Part shown: in pieces, positions 54,696-64,000 of the stretch | Position numbering within the stretch: position 1 is the first letter of the stretch | How the letters are laid out: each line of letters opens with the position of its first letter | From: Escherichia phage vB_EcoM_ESCO45 | Direction: 5' to 3' (one strand) | DNA: 64,000 bases | Sequence record: OM386661.1 | Translations under genes and position numbers: made by a program | Notes under the pieces: generated by a model | Databases searched by the model: none | Told to the model about the DNA's origin: nothing | Seen by the model: the letters and a program-made list of their open reading frames with translations, nothing else

Positions 54696-56400
54696 TTCGA
54701 TAGAGTCTATCCCATAGGTGCTTTTTTACGTCTATCAAATCCTTATGCAATCCCTTTCCCTCACCTTTCTAGAATCTCCCCACTGATTCAATAGAGTTTA
54801 TCTCATACCTTAAAAAGCAATAACTCTATAGCTTACCCTATAGCCTTTTATCAAATCAACTTAAATATAAGCCCATAACCCGAGAGGGAAGGGCAACCCT
54901 TTAAACGCCCTATAACGCCCTATAACAGCATTATCAATATAACTTAAGGGATTGCATTACCTCACCTTAAAAAGCACTTTATAAGGCTTTACAGAGCCTT
55001 AAAAGAATCTTTTAAGGGTATAAGCTTATAGGCTGACTAGTATCATGTGAACTGCTAAAAAGTGCTTGATAGTGTCTTAAAAGTATGTTATAGGTGCTAT
55101 AAAGTTACTCAAAAGCTACTCAAAAGTTACTCAAAAGTTACGTAAATGCTAGCCCCCTTAACATTTTCTTAACAATTTCTTAACAAATCCTACATAGTTA
55201 TACTTTCAAGACACTTGTTAACAACTTGTTAGACCCTTGTTAAATCTCTGTTAAGACCACGTAAAAGCTATGTAAAAGCCTTTGGCATAGCCTTAAAAGC
55301 ACTGTAAAGCACTATAAAGAGCTATTCATACATTTGAGGGGCAAATACTAGGGAGAGACTAAAAAGAGCCTATACAGAGCTATAGAGAGCTTTTAAAAGG
55401 TATGTTTAAGGTATCACTAAGAAAGGAAAGGGAACGATAAGAAAAGAGTAGTGACCATGTTAATAGCTTGTTAAAAAGGTTAAATACTTGTTAGGAACTT
55501 GTTAATTATCTAATTGGTATTGTTACCAATCCCTAACAAAATAACCCTTTAAAATTAACTTGTTAGCTCTTGTTAATCATCTGTTAAACCTCTGTAAAGC
55601 CTATGTATCACTTGTTAGAGACTTGTTACCCTCTTGTTAAAACTATTAAGAATCTGTTAAGACCTTTGGAGAGATGTTAAGAGCTTGAGAGAGTTGTTAA
55701 GAGTTTGTTAATGATATTTTAAAATTTTGCAAAGGGGATGTTACAGAGCTGTTAAGGGCTACCAAACAGATATACATCCTAATCAGATATTTTTCAGTTC
55801 CTTCAAAGACCCTAAAAAATGACTTGACAGTCCTATTTTATAAAAAAATTAAAATTCTGAATAATTACCTATACAGTCTTTCTAAAATACAGGCATAAAC
55901 AGGCTTATAAGATACCTTGTTAGTACCGTGTTAGGCCTTGTGAGATAAGGTCTGTAAAGATATTCCTGTTAAGTTTGTTAAAACAGTCTATATAGAGGCT
56001 TAGTAGTGCCTAGTGAACACCTATAGAGAGTGTCATAGCTAACATAGAGATTAAGAGGTGTATAGGAGCTTCTAAGAGGGTATAGAGGGATGGTTAAGGT
56101 GATTGTATAGGTTATTAAGAAGGCTTGTTAGAAGAGTGTTTAGAGGGCTTGTTAGAGGGCTTGTTAGAAGGGTTATACAGAGGGGCTACTAAGACCACTA
56201 GATAGTTACTAAGATACTATATAATACTATATAACTATATAGAGAGTAAGATTAAGAAGGTTGTTAAGAAGGATAGATATTTTATTCACATATGATGGTG
56301 ACCCAGAGGTTGGGACAACCGATAAAATTTTATAAAAATTATAAATTTCGTAAATTTTACTCAATAAAAAGCCCCCAATTAAGGAGGCTCTTAAGATATT
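54643..56400. repeat. 1.75-kb ORF-free repeat-dense region (TTGTTA-core degenerate repeats and short tandem repeats)
   Basis: No ORF of 60 aa or more in any frame; many CTTGTTA(A/G), TGTTAAG copies (55200-55700); tandem CTCAAAAGYTAC x3 (~55096-55135), GGGCTTGTTAGA x3 (~56108-56160), CGCCCTATAA x2 (54907-54925), ACTATATA x3 (~56205-56235). Confidence 0.7.
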
Positions 56401-57006
56401 TTAAATCAGACTTTCTAAAACTGTCTTCAATGATGACTTGGTTGTCTGATAAAAATGAGTAAATCCACCATTGATATCGAATATCTGCATCATAACAGCA
56501 TCTCCCTTGATTGGATACACTCGGATATCATAGTGAAACCCATTAAAGACAGCAGAACCATTACAGAGTGCACTAAAATCATCAATTGAGATATACTCTT
56601 CATGCCCTGTGATTTTTATACAGACACCCTTACTTGGTCTCTTAGGATTGATATCTTCCATCACAGACATACTCTGTCCACCAAGAGACACCATAGTGAC
56701 CACTTTACGGTTCTTCTGTTTAAAGTACATTTTAACTTTCTGTAAAGTGTCTTCATAGAACGGATAAGACTTCTCTACAAAGATTCCTTCAAGTGGCTCT
56801 TTACCATTCCTAACTTCTCTGATATGTCGTACTGAGAAGATAAGCTGCTCTAGTATGTCAAGGCTTTCTTTGGATAATGCTTCTCGAATATCACTCCAGT
56901 CAAGGACTAGGTAGTTACCTTCAACTTCTTTTAAGTTATCTTTTTCCATAGCTATCACACCATTATCGTAAAACTTGGTAGTCTGGTACTGCAAACTTGT
57001 TGTCAT
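56401..57006 (-). CDS. hypothetical protein
   Basis: 201 aa; last gene of minus block before repeat-dense non-coding region. Confidence 0.4.
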   Translation of the reverse strand: MTTSLQYQTTKFYDNGVIAMEKDNLKEVEGNYLVLDWSDIREALSKESLDILEQLIFSVRHIREVRNGKEPLEGIFVEKSYPFYEDTLQKVKMYFKQKNRKVVTMVSLGGQSMSVMEDINPKRPSKGVCIKITGHEEYISIDDFSALCNGSAVFNGFHYDIRVYPIKGDAVMMQIFDINGGFTHFYQTTKSSLKTVLESLI

Positions 57007-57373
57007 TGTTTTTAATGAGGTCTTCTTCTGTTACTAAGAATGTAAGACCGCACAAGTGTGTATAGCGGCTATCATATTCAAATATTTTAAGTAAGTATTT
57101 ACCATCATGATAGACAGACTCTACTACACCTTTTGCAACAATCTTTCCAGTCTTGAAGTCTTTAAGACGGTATACATTACCAACTTTAGGGACTGTTTTC
57201 ACTTCAGGTTCTTTTAGATTCTCACCAGCTTCTGAGCATTCCCAAATAAAACAATGTACAAGAACCTTAGCAGCATGTCTTGAGCAATTCAGCTTATCAC
57301 AAATGTCATTGTACATTTCATCTTTAGTTGAGTTGTCAAGCATTGCTTTTTGAACGACTTCATGAATCTTCAT
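56963..57373 (-). CDS. hypothetical protein
   Basis: 136 aa ORF. Confidence 0.35.
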   Translation of the reverse strand: MKIHEVVQKAMLDNSTKDEMYNDICDKLNCSRHAAKVLVHCFIWECSEAGENLKEPEVKTVPKVGNVYRLKDFKTGKIVAKGVVESVYHDGKYLLKIFEYDSRYTHLCGLTFLVTEEDLIKNNDNKFAVPDYQVLR

Positions 57374-57426
57374 ATTCGCTACCTTCTAAGTTTCTACAAA
57401 GGGGCTATCAAGTAACCCCTAAGTTA

Positions 57427-57651
57427 TTACTCAGACTTTTCAGTCTTCTTATCGGATTTCTTACTAGTCTTCTTCTCAGCTTTCTGTTCAGGTTCCTTCT
57501 CAGGAGTTGCCTTGATAACCATATCAAGAAGCTCTGATAAGTCACTCTTCAGCAAAGTAACAGGCTGCTCATTGTAGAAGTTTTTGTCAAGATAAACTTT
57601 AAACTCTTCTATAGAAGGAAATCCAAAAATTGGTACAGGTGTCTTAATCAT
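57427..57651 (-). CDS. hypothetical protein with Lys-rich C-terminal tail
   Basis: 74 aa ORF. Confidence 0.3.
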   Translation of the reverse strand: MIKTPVPIFGFPSIEEFKVYLDKNFYNEQPVTLLKSDLSELLDMVIKATPEKEPEQKAEKKTSKKSDKKTEKSE

Positions 57652-57727
57652 TACTTAGTCTCTCCATAGGCATCTTTTAAGATTGCCTTGTTAATCATTT
57701 CAGCGATTGCAAAACGAACATATAAAG

Positions 57728-58261
57728 CTATAATTGTAGGTTGCATTCTTTACTTACCTCTTCAAGTTTAACCTCAGAGTCCTTAAGTCGTTTCTTATGA
57801 ACTCTGAACCTCATTAGTGAGATGATGATACCAGCTAAAGGAACAACATACAAGTACCAGATATCATGTAGCTTTGCAGTAATCTGTGTAATTGTCAAAT
57901 CTTGAGCTATGCAGCTAATTACTGATACTGTCAGTAACATTGCTAAGAAGAACGCCAGTACCATAACAATACTTAGGCAACCTCTGGCACGGTGTTCATG
58001 CTTAATGCACTTATTCTTTTCGTCAACAAGCCTGTTGTAGTCATTTGTAAAGTCTCTGTAGAAAGCTTTCAGGTATTCTTGAGTGTAGCCTTCAAAGCAA
58101 CCTGTACCATACCAATAATCACCACCAAAATGTGCTATGATACCGGTATCTCCATTCGGTTTTGTTACTCTTAGGGAGACATGATGACCAGTCTTCTGGT
58201 AATCTATTTTGTATCTTTCTTCGTAAATCATTTTCCAAACCCTCTCAATCGTTTGTTCCAT
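57728..58261 (-). CDS. membrane protein (soluble N-domain, two C-terminal TM helices)
   Basis: 177 aa; TM segments LSIVMVLAFFLAMLLTVSVISCI and YLYVVPLAGIIISLM. Confidence 0.4.
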   Translation of the reverse strand: MEQTIERVWKMIYEERYKIDYQKTGHHVSLRVTKPNGDTGIIAHFGGDYWYGTGCFEGYTQEYLKAFYRDFTNDYNRLVDEKNKCIKHEHRARGCLSIVMVLAFFLAMLLTVSVISCIAQDLTITQITAKLHDIWYLYVVPLAGIIISLMRFRVHKKRLKDSEVKLEEVSKECNLQL

Positions 58262-58446
58262 TCAAGGTCAACAAGCCTATGTAGGACTTTACCTCTAGGT
58301 GTTACACCTTTTAAATCTGCATCATAGCAATGGTAAAAGTCACATTCAGCGTGTCTACCATAGCATTTTCTGATATTCTGGCTTCTGCGATACTGTTCTA
58401 ACAAGGACAGTTTGTAGTAATCTTCAACTGTAGTTAATTTTTTCAT
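58228..58446 (-). CDS. hypothetical protein
   Basis: 72 aa Cys/His-containing ORF. Confidence 0.3.
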   Translation of the reverse strand: MKKLTTVEDYYKLSLLEQYRRSQNIRKCYGRHAECDFYHCYDADLKGVTPRGKVLHRLVDLEWNKRLRGFGK

Positions 58447-59027
58447 TCTTTCACCATAGCATTTCTGAACTGGCGTTGTGTTTCTCTTGTAATTTCGTTT
58501 GGGGTAAACCCTGCTTTTAGCATATCTCTGAAAAGAACTTCTAAGTGGTTCCTCTCAATGATGTAAATGGCATTCTGAATAGCTGTTTTACGCTCCTTCA
58601 GGTCACTACTAAGCTCTTCGCACTTGCTTGTAAGTTCTGTGTCAACTTTCTTATAGACTGGCATAACATGTGCGTAACAACCTTTATTGGTCTCTATGAA
58701 GAATTTAAAAGATTCCTCAGAGTCCTTTAAAGCAATCCCTATAAAGTTTTTGTAAGCACCTGTGAAAGATAAGGACTCAATCTCAGCGGTTGAGTATACA
58801 ATCCCTGCACACAGTCTTGCAGGAGAACTGAATGTGTGGTTTGGTGTTGTGTCAAAGTCTAAGTTCTTCAGTGGTCGAAAATAAACTGTTCCATTGTGTG
58901 AGATGTGTGTTACAACAGCCTCAACACTCTTTGAAGGATTCTGTTTAACATACAAAATAATTTTATCGTGTTCTTTCACTTTAGCCATATCTATTCTCCA
59001 GAAACTAAAAAGGGAACTATCTCTCAA
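58443..59027 (-). CDS. hypothetical protein
   Basis: 194 aa ORF. Confidence 0.4.
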   Translation of the reverse strand: MRDSSLFSFWRIDMAKVKEHDKIILYVKQNPSKSVEAVVTHISHNGTVYFRPLKNLDFDTTPNHTFSSPARLCAGIVYSTAEIESLSFTGAYKNFIGIALKDSEESFKFFIETNKGCYAHVMPVYKKVDTELTSKCEELSSDLKERKTAIQNAIYIIERNHLEVLFRDMLKAGFTPNEITRETQRQFRNAMVKE

Positions 59028-59060
59028 TAGCTCCCATCATAATCAGTTTTGTATACTCGG

Positions 59061-59642
59061 TCAAGAGTATTTTTTAGGCAGTAATGCACTGCGCTTGTTA
59101 CTCTCTTCACTCAATAGTGCAATGAAATCGTCACTTTTACCCTTCCACGGACTAAATGTGGGGATGTGTTCTCTGATAGCATCAATCACTGTTTTAAGTG
59201 CTGTGTTCTTCATCCACCAATCAGAATCTGCTGATGCTACCACGTAGTATCCACCGTCATCAGTTAAAATTGGCTCTGAAATACATGGTGAAATCAAAGT
59301 GGTGATGATTGAACCGTTATTCATGTAATATGTGCGTTTCATAACCTTTTCAAGAAGCTTGTGAAGGTCACCAAATAGTGTTACAAGTTCTTTGTGGTCA
59401 ATATCTTTTTCGAGGCTTGCTCGATACTTCAATAGTGCAGCATCAACCTCTCTGTCATTAAACTTGAAATATTGAACTTCTTCCACAAGGCAAACACTGA
59501 TATTGTTAACATTCATAGTCAACTTGCAAACTTTTGCAGGAGAGTTGATACTTGGTTGAAAAAGTGCAATACACCCTTCAATATTTCCAAAATGTTGTAC
59601 CAGTGTTACTTGTGGAATGATATCCTGTTGCTCTTCGGACAT
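59061..59642 (-). CDS. hypothetical protein
   Basis: 193 aa ORF. Confidence 0.4.
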   Translation of the reverse strand: MSEEQQDIIPQVTLVQHFGNIEGCIALFQPSINSPAKVCKLTMNVNNISVCLVEEVQYFKFNDREVDAALLKYRASLEKDIDHKELVTLFGDLHKLLEKVMKRTYYMNNGSIITTLISPCISEPILTDDGGYYVVASADSDWWMKNTALKTVIDAIREHIPTFSPWKGKSDDFIALLSEESNKRSALLPKKYS

Positions 59643-59986
59643 TACAGTTTCCTCATTAAATACTTTTTAAGTTGTGTGTTAGGTTTCTCAAAAACTTCTA
59701 TAGAAGATATCTTAACAGATTCACCACGCATACCAGTATGTTTGAATATGTAATACTCTAACATTCCTATGTCCTTTGCTGGTAAGTCATGCTTGACATA
59801 CACCGTCACAGAGTCTTCAAATTCAACAACCTTTGTACCACCTTTGTAGTTAAACTCTTTAGGGTGTTCGTAGTTGTCTATGTCATACATTAAAAAGAGC
59901 CTTTTACGTTGTAAGTCAAGCTTATTTGTTAAAGACTCTTTGATATCTGAGAAGTTTTTGTACACTGTGACATGGAGCTTACTCAT
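59642..59986 (-). CDS. hypothetical protein
   Basis: 114 aa ORF. Confidence 0.4.
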   Translation of the reverse strand: MSKLHVTVYKNFSDIKESLTNKLDLQRKRLFLMYDIDNYEHPKEFNYKGGTKVVEFEDSVTVYVKHDLPAKDIGMLEYYIFKHTGMRGESVKISSIEVFEKPNTQLKKYLMRKL

Positions 59987-60272
59987 CGTTAAACTCTCTG
60001 ACGAAGAAATAGTTGACTTTGTTATTACCTACCATAAGGTCAAAGCAGGTATTCTCAAAAGGTTTGTTGTAGGCATCGTATGAAACATATGGGTCAGCTA
60101 CTTGCTTAGTGCTTAACTTCTTACTTGATGGGTTTAAGAGGCCACCATATAGCTTCTTGATAGCCTCTTCTACAACAGACCAGATAATTTCGTCAGTAAT
60201 TTCTTCGTACAGGTCAAGTTCACGCTCTAGTGAGAAGTCACAAATAGGGAAAATAACCTGTACTTTACTCAT
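59979..60272 (-). CDS. hypothetical protein
   Basis: 97 aa ORF. Confidence 0.35.
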   Translation of the reverse strand: MSKVQVIFPICDFSLERELDLYEEITDEIIWSVVEEAIKKLYGGLLNPSSKKLSTKQVADPYVSYDAYNKPFENTCFDLMVGNNKVNYFFVREFNDE

Positions 60273-60667
60273 TAGCGAATGACCTGTGTGACTTGAATTG
60301 CTTCAGTTACAGACAAATCCCCTACTTTATCTTCTGTGATAAAGGTGAAGGTGAGTTCAACAGGTTCTTGCTCTTCTTGCTCAACTGGAACACCATTAAG
60401 CTCATCAAAGATTGATTGAGTAGTCCAGTCTTCTCCACCATCTGGGTAGTGGATTGCGTAAAGAGGGAACTCTAAATTATACCAAGCAAAAACAGGGCAA
60501 CCATCTGCATCATCTCGACATCTGTGGAGATATGTGTTTGTACCTTCGAAGTGCAGATGGAGATTACCATTCTTCTCAAATAGAATAGCATCTCGCAGGT
60601 CTAATTCTTCATTTTCGCTGTAACGGCTAACATCGACTTTAACTTTAATCTGACTGATATTATTCAT
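60272..60667 (-). CDS. hypothetical protein
   Basis: 131 aa ORF. Confidence 0.4.
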   Translation of the reverse strand: MNNISQIKVKVDVSRYSENEELDLRDAILFEKNGNLHLHFEGTNTYLHRCRDDADGCPVFAWYNLEFPLYAIHYPDGGEDWTTQSIFDELNGVPVEQEEQEPVELTFTFITEDKVGDLSVTEAIQVTQVIR

Positions 60668-61058
60668 AAAAACCTCTCTCTGCTAGTTTTATCTTTTCTT
60701 TGAGTGTTTCACAACGCTCTATGTGATATTTTGCTTCACACTCGTGGGTTGCTAACTCTCTTTCAAGTAGAGTTTTATAATAACCTGACAATTGCTCTGC
60801 TGTCAATGGGTGTTCAGAAATAATATCTAATCCACTCTCTCCAAGAGGGTTGAACCGACCGTACTCATCTACTTTGTAAATCTCGAACCTGAAAAACCCA
60901 TTTTTAGCACGGGTAATAGGTGATAGTTCAGCTAACTCTACAGTGAACTTTGTACAAACCTCATCACCACTTACTACAATCTGGCTGCCAATAATCCTCA
61001 CCATTGAACCATCACGAGTGTACTTAAAAGTTCCAAAGTCACTAGCCCAAAGTTTCAT
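60660..61058 (-). CDS. hypothetical protein
   Basis: 132 aa ORF. Confidence 0.4.
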   Translation of the reverse strand: MKLWASDFGTFKYTRDGSMVRIIGSQIVVSGDEVCTKFTVELAELSPITRAKNGFFRFEIYKVDEYGRFNPLGESGLDIISEHPLTAEQLSGYYKTLLERELATHECEAKYHIERCETLKEKIKLAERGFYE

Positions 61059-61075
61059 AGTTTTCTCCTTAGAAA

Positions 61076-61098
61076 ATAAAAAGGCTCCCGAAGGAGCC
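61076..61098 (-). terminator. rho-independent terminator (minus strand) after endolysin gene
   Basis: GGCTCC-ttcg-GGAGCC on minus strand followed by TTTTATTTT. Confidence 0.55.
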
Positions 61099-61108
61099 TA
61101 TGAAGATA

Positions 61109-61573
61109 TTACTTTGGGTATACACTGTCAAGATAAATGTCAGCTTCCATTCTACGTCTGTTTTTCAGTCCGTTTGAAGTGACCTTCTTACCTTTGACTG
61201 TAACCTTGTTCCACCACTGCATAGCTTCTGCACAACCGACCTTATTACCAGCATTGTGGCGCTTGATAAACGTAGAGTCCTGCATAGCCGTGATACCAAT
61301 GTTGTATGTTTCACTTACAAGTGCGTCAAACTCATTCTGAGAAGTTGGAACCTTGATGGCTTTGTTAACTGCTGCAACGAACTTTTCAACATCTTCGAGA
61401 AGATACTGTTCAGCTTGTCCAGCGGTAATCTTCATACCCATCTTAACAGGTTTGCCAGAAATACGGATTGTTCCGTACCCAATTGTGGGGATTCCAGCAG
61501 AATCTTCGTAAGCCTCTAGCTTAAGACCTTCAAAGAACTTAATAGCTTCTAAGCCTTTTCTTGAGAGTTGCAT
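61109..61573 (-). CDS. endolysin, T4-lysozyme-like muramidase (GH24)
   Basis: 154 aa; FEGLKLEAYEDSAGIPTIGYG matches GH24 lysozyme catalytic region; minus-strand terminator at 61076-61098. Confidence 0.75.
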   Translation of the reverse strand: MQLSRKGLEAIKFFEGLKLEAYEDSAGIPTIGYGTIRISGKPVKMGMKITAGQAEQYLLEDVEKFVAAVNKAIKVPTSQNEFDALVSETYNIGITAMQDSTFIKRHNAGNKVGCAEAMQWWNKVTVKGKKVTSNGLKNRRRMEADIYLDSVYPK

Positions 61574-62706
61574 TATGCCTCCCCTGCTGGGTTAACTGTA
61601 ACTGCTGCTGCATCAGATGTTACAGAGCCACCTGCACCAGTAACTACACAGGTGTAGCTTCCTGTATCAGCAGCGGTTGCATCTTCTTTGGTGTAAGTTG
61701 CAGCAGTTGCATCGAGGATGTCTTCCTCACCTTTCTTCCACTGGTAGCCTGTTGCACCAGTTGCCACAACACTCAGCGTTAAGGTATCACCTTCAGTGAT
61801 TTCTTGATTGGTTGGCTGCTGAGTGATTACCGGAAGTGCATTCACAGTAACTGTTGCAGCATCAGATTCCACAGAACCACCTGCACCTGTTACAACGCAA
61901 GTGTATGAACCTGCATCTGCTGGAAGCGCACCAGACTTGCTATAGGTAGCCTCTGTAGCCGAAGGAATGTCAGAGCCATCTTTCTTCCACTGATAGCCTG
62001 TTGCACCTGTTGCAGTCACTTCCAAGTTAATGTTTCCACCCTCATTGATGGTCTGGCTAGAAGGTTGCTGTGTAATCACAGGCAGTGCGTTGACAGTAAC
62101 TGTTGCCGCATCTGAGGTAACACTTGTACCAGCCTCTCCAGACACAACACAAGTATAAGAACCAGCATCAGCAGTGGTTGCACTTTCTTTGGTGTAAGTT
62201 GCAGATGTGGCACTAGTGATATCCTCACCATCCTTTTTCCATTGATATCCAGTGGCATTCGTTGCAACAACACTTAGGGTAAGCGTACCACCTTCATTTA
62301 CTGTTTGATTGGTTGGCTGCTGAGTGATTACTGGTGGCTTGATAGCATCCTTCAACTTAGCATTCAGCATTGAGAATGGTTTAACTCTTGCCAACCATTC
62401 ACAATAAACCGTATCAACATCTTTATCATTGATAATTGCATATTGTAGGTCCATGAAGAAGTCAGAAGTCCTCATTTGAGCACCGATGCTGTAAAGTAAC
62501 TCATCACTAAATGGAACTTTGTAGTCTGGCTCGTAGTCAAACTCCTCAACTTCTGCAATATCAGCTTCAGGCCAATATGAGCTATAGGTAAGCGGTAAAA
62601 TAGCCTCCTGATATGTTCTAAAATCATATCTCTTACCAGCCTTTACATTTGCAACGAAGCCATTCACAAACTCTTTGAAGTCTGGGTAAGTCTTTGCTTT
62701 AATCAT
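61573..62706 (-). CDS. Ig-like domain repeat protein (three tandem Ig-like modules)
   Basis: 377 aa; three ~85-aa repeats (PVITQQP(T/S)NQ...GATGYQWKKDG...GSYTCVV...TVTVNALPVITQQP) typical of Ig-like/Big modules; N-terminal ~120 aa paralogous to 62699-63073 product. Confidence 0.6.
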   Translation of the reverse strand: MIKAKTYPDFKEFVNGFVANVKAGKRYDFRTYQEAILPLTYSSYWPEADIAEVEEFDYEPDYKVPFSDELLYSIGAQMRTSDFFMDLQYAIINDKDVDTVYCEWLARVKPFSMLNAKLKDAIKPPVITQQPTNQTVNEGGTLTLSVVATNATGYQWKKDGEDITSATSATYTKESATTADAGSYTCVVSGEAGTSVTSDAATVTVNALPVITQQPSSQTINEGGNINLEVTATGATGYQWKKDGSDIPSATEATYSKSGALPADAGSYTCVVTGAGGSVESDAATVTVNALPVITQQPTNQEITEGDTLTLSVVATGATGYQWKKGEEDILDATAATYTKEDATAADTGSYTCVVTGAGGSVTSDAAAVTVNPAGEA

Positions 62707-63073
62707 TTCTTTCAGCCTCTAAATGTGCGTTTAGTCTAAAATAACCTTTGTGATGCGGAGATACATCACCAACAACAATACCTTTAACCTCATAACCTTC
62801 ACCAATTACATACTGGATATCCATAAGAAATCTTCCAAGACCAACAATATGGAACATTGGATATAATAGATTCTCAGAGTCTGGAATATTGATTTCAGGA
62901 TTGTAGGTACACTGTTCGCTTGTTGGTGTGATTTCTTCTTCAGGCCATTTATCGAGCCTCCATGTCAAAGGTGTTGGGATAACATCATTAAGGTTGTACC
63001 TTTCACCATTTTTCACGGAATTGATATAGGTTTGTAGGAAGCAATAAAAGTCTTTTGCACTCTTAGCTTTCAT
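62699..63073 (-). CDS. hypothetical protein, paralog of N-domain of Ig-like protein
   Basis: 124 aa; shared pattern AK(S/T)xxDFxxFxxxxxxxVKxGxRY...FMDLQY(A/V)I. Confidence 0.45.
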   Translation of the reverse strand: MKAKSAKDFYCFLQTYINSVKNGERYNLNDVIPTPLTWRLDKWPEEEITPTSEQCTYNPEINIPDSENLLYPMFHIVGLGRFLMDIQYVIGEGYEVKGIVVGDVSPHHKGYFRLNAHLEAERND

Positions 63074-63120
63074 TAAATACCCTTATAAATAGTTAAAGGG
63101 GCATTAGCCCCTATTCACAC

Positions 63121-63711
63121 TTAAGTTTTGGTCTTAAGTAGGTTCTTAAGTTTTTTAAGATTCATACTCTCATCAAACTTAAAACCAAATCCATTGACAT
63201 AATCAATGAACTCGGATTTCTTACTGAGTGACAATGCGTAACTCATATCAAAGTTCTTACTTGTTTCTGCGTCTGGACTAGAGTTCACATCAAATGAAAT
63301 TTTTGTAGGTTCTTGCTTACTTTTTCTCATATTATCAACCAACAAACATGTATAGTTTGCTGGATAGAAGTTTACACTACCATCAACGTAGCTGTACTTA
63401 TTATTATGGATAAGGTTGGAAAATACCTTAAGAAATGTTTCTGAGTCGTGGCAAACAAGTTTGAATTGGCTGCTCTCTCCAAGCGCAACTAATGAGTACG
63501 GACTTTCACTATCAAAGTTATAATTTGGATTCGATGTCGTCACTGTTATACGCATCAAGTTATTAGCAATAGTCTTCTGTTTAAAAGAAGTTGGAACATA
63601 GTGAAGACCTCTACAGCACTGATTAACTAACTCTTTCAATAGGTCATTTGCATACGGTGAATTAATTGATACAGAGCCATCACTATTGTAATTAAAACTT
63701 ACTGTTAACAT
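63121..63711 (-). CDS. hypothetical protein
   Basis: 196 aa ORF. Confidence 0.4.
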   Translation of the reverse strand: MLTVSFNYNSDGSVSINSPYANDLLKELVNQCCRGLHYVPTSFKQKTIANNLMRITVTTSNPNYNFDSESPYSLVALGESSQFKLVCHDSETFLKVFSNLIHNNKYSYVDGSVNFYPANYTCLLVDNMRKSKQEPTKISFDVNSSPDAETSKNFDMSYALSLSKKSEFIDYVNGFGFKFDESMNLKKLKNLLKTKT

Positions 63712-63938
63712 TTTTCAGTTCTCCTGCGGTTTATAATTTTGCTGCAATAGAGAAACGAAGTAAACTCACTGGAAGAAACCATTAAGTGTTGTTCACTAGA
63801 TTGAGCCATTGCCCTGAAATACATTCCAGTCAAAGCATCATAGTGACTATTCTTTCCAATTGAGGTTATATAGCCATGACTCTTTGCAGTTTGATATAAA
63901 TCTATAATATCTGCGATTTCTAATTGGGAACTACACAT
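63705..63938 (-). CDS. hypothetical protein
   Basis: 77 aa ORF. Confidence 0.3.
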   Translation of the reverse strand: MCSSQLEIADIIDLYQTAKSHGYITSIGKNSHYDALTGMYFRAMAQSSEQHLMVSSSEFTSFLYCSKIINRRRTEKC

Positions 63939-64000
63939 AGATAATCCTCTTGTCTTCTGTAATTTTGAAAGAACAGGTACAGACCAATTTCAGAGGATGA

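Noticed and set aside
54643-56400. Possible CRISPR array in the repeat-dense non-coding region
   Set aside because: Repeats are short, degenerate and irregularly spaced with no constant-length spacers, and no cas genes are nearby.
54643-56400. Possible tRNA gene cluster in the large non-coding region (and in 15402-15901, 16948-17351)
   Set aside because: No GTTCRANYC-type T-loop or 7-bp acceptor stem pattern was spotted by eye. This cannot be fully excluded without tRNAscan-SE.

Overview
This window reads as a contiguous piece of a virulent, AT-rich tailed dsDNA phage genome; a Gram-negative host is inferred from a lipoprotein o-spanin, sigma70-like promoters and an rII-like gene pair. All calls come from reading the six-frame translations and the DNA by eye; no database search or structure prediction was run. 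Layout: (1) 11-11510, + strand: tape-measure protein, a Mu/P2-like baseplate module and two tail fibres with His-x-His repeat tips. (2) 12194-22540, - strand: thymidylate synthase, DHFR, an HTH regulator, ATP-dependent DNA ligase, an HNH-AP2 endonuclease and a family-A DNA polymerase, with two highly structured intergenic repeat regions bracketing a two-gene cassette. (3) 22798-49374, + strand: dNMP kinase, T7 gp4-like primase-helicase, acidic-tail SSB, gp6-like exonuclease, class I and class III ribonucleotide reductases with glutaredoxin, an rIIA/rIIB-like pair, a secreted lytic transglycosylase, Dam methylase, a ParB-like protein, an overlapping spanin pair and a macro-domain protein. (4) 49375-54642: an iteron-like repeat array, then about ten small genes each preceded by one of two families of repeated promoter/stem-loop/RBS cassettes. 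(5) 54643-56400: an ORF-free 1.75 kb region dense in degenerate TTGTTA-core repeats where the two transcription directions converge. (6) 56401-63938, - strand: small unknown genes, a T4-lysozyme-like endolysin and an Ig-like repeat protein. No integrase, tRNA, CRISPR array or intron was recognised. The most unusual signals are the non-coding repeat architectures (15402-17351, 49444-49625, 50093-54695, 54643-56400) and several candidate host-interaction or anti-defence genes (macro domain, Dam plus ParB-like, secreted SLT, small paralog pair).
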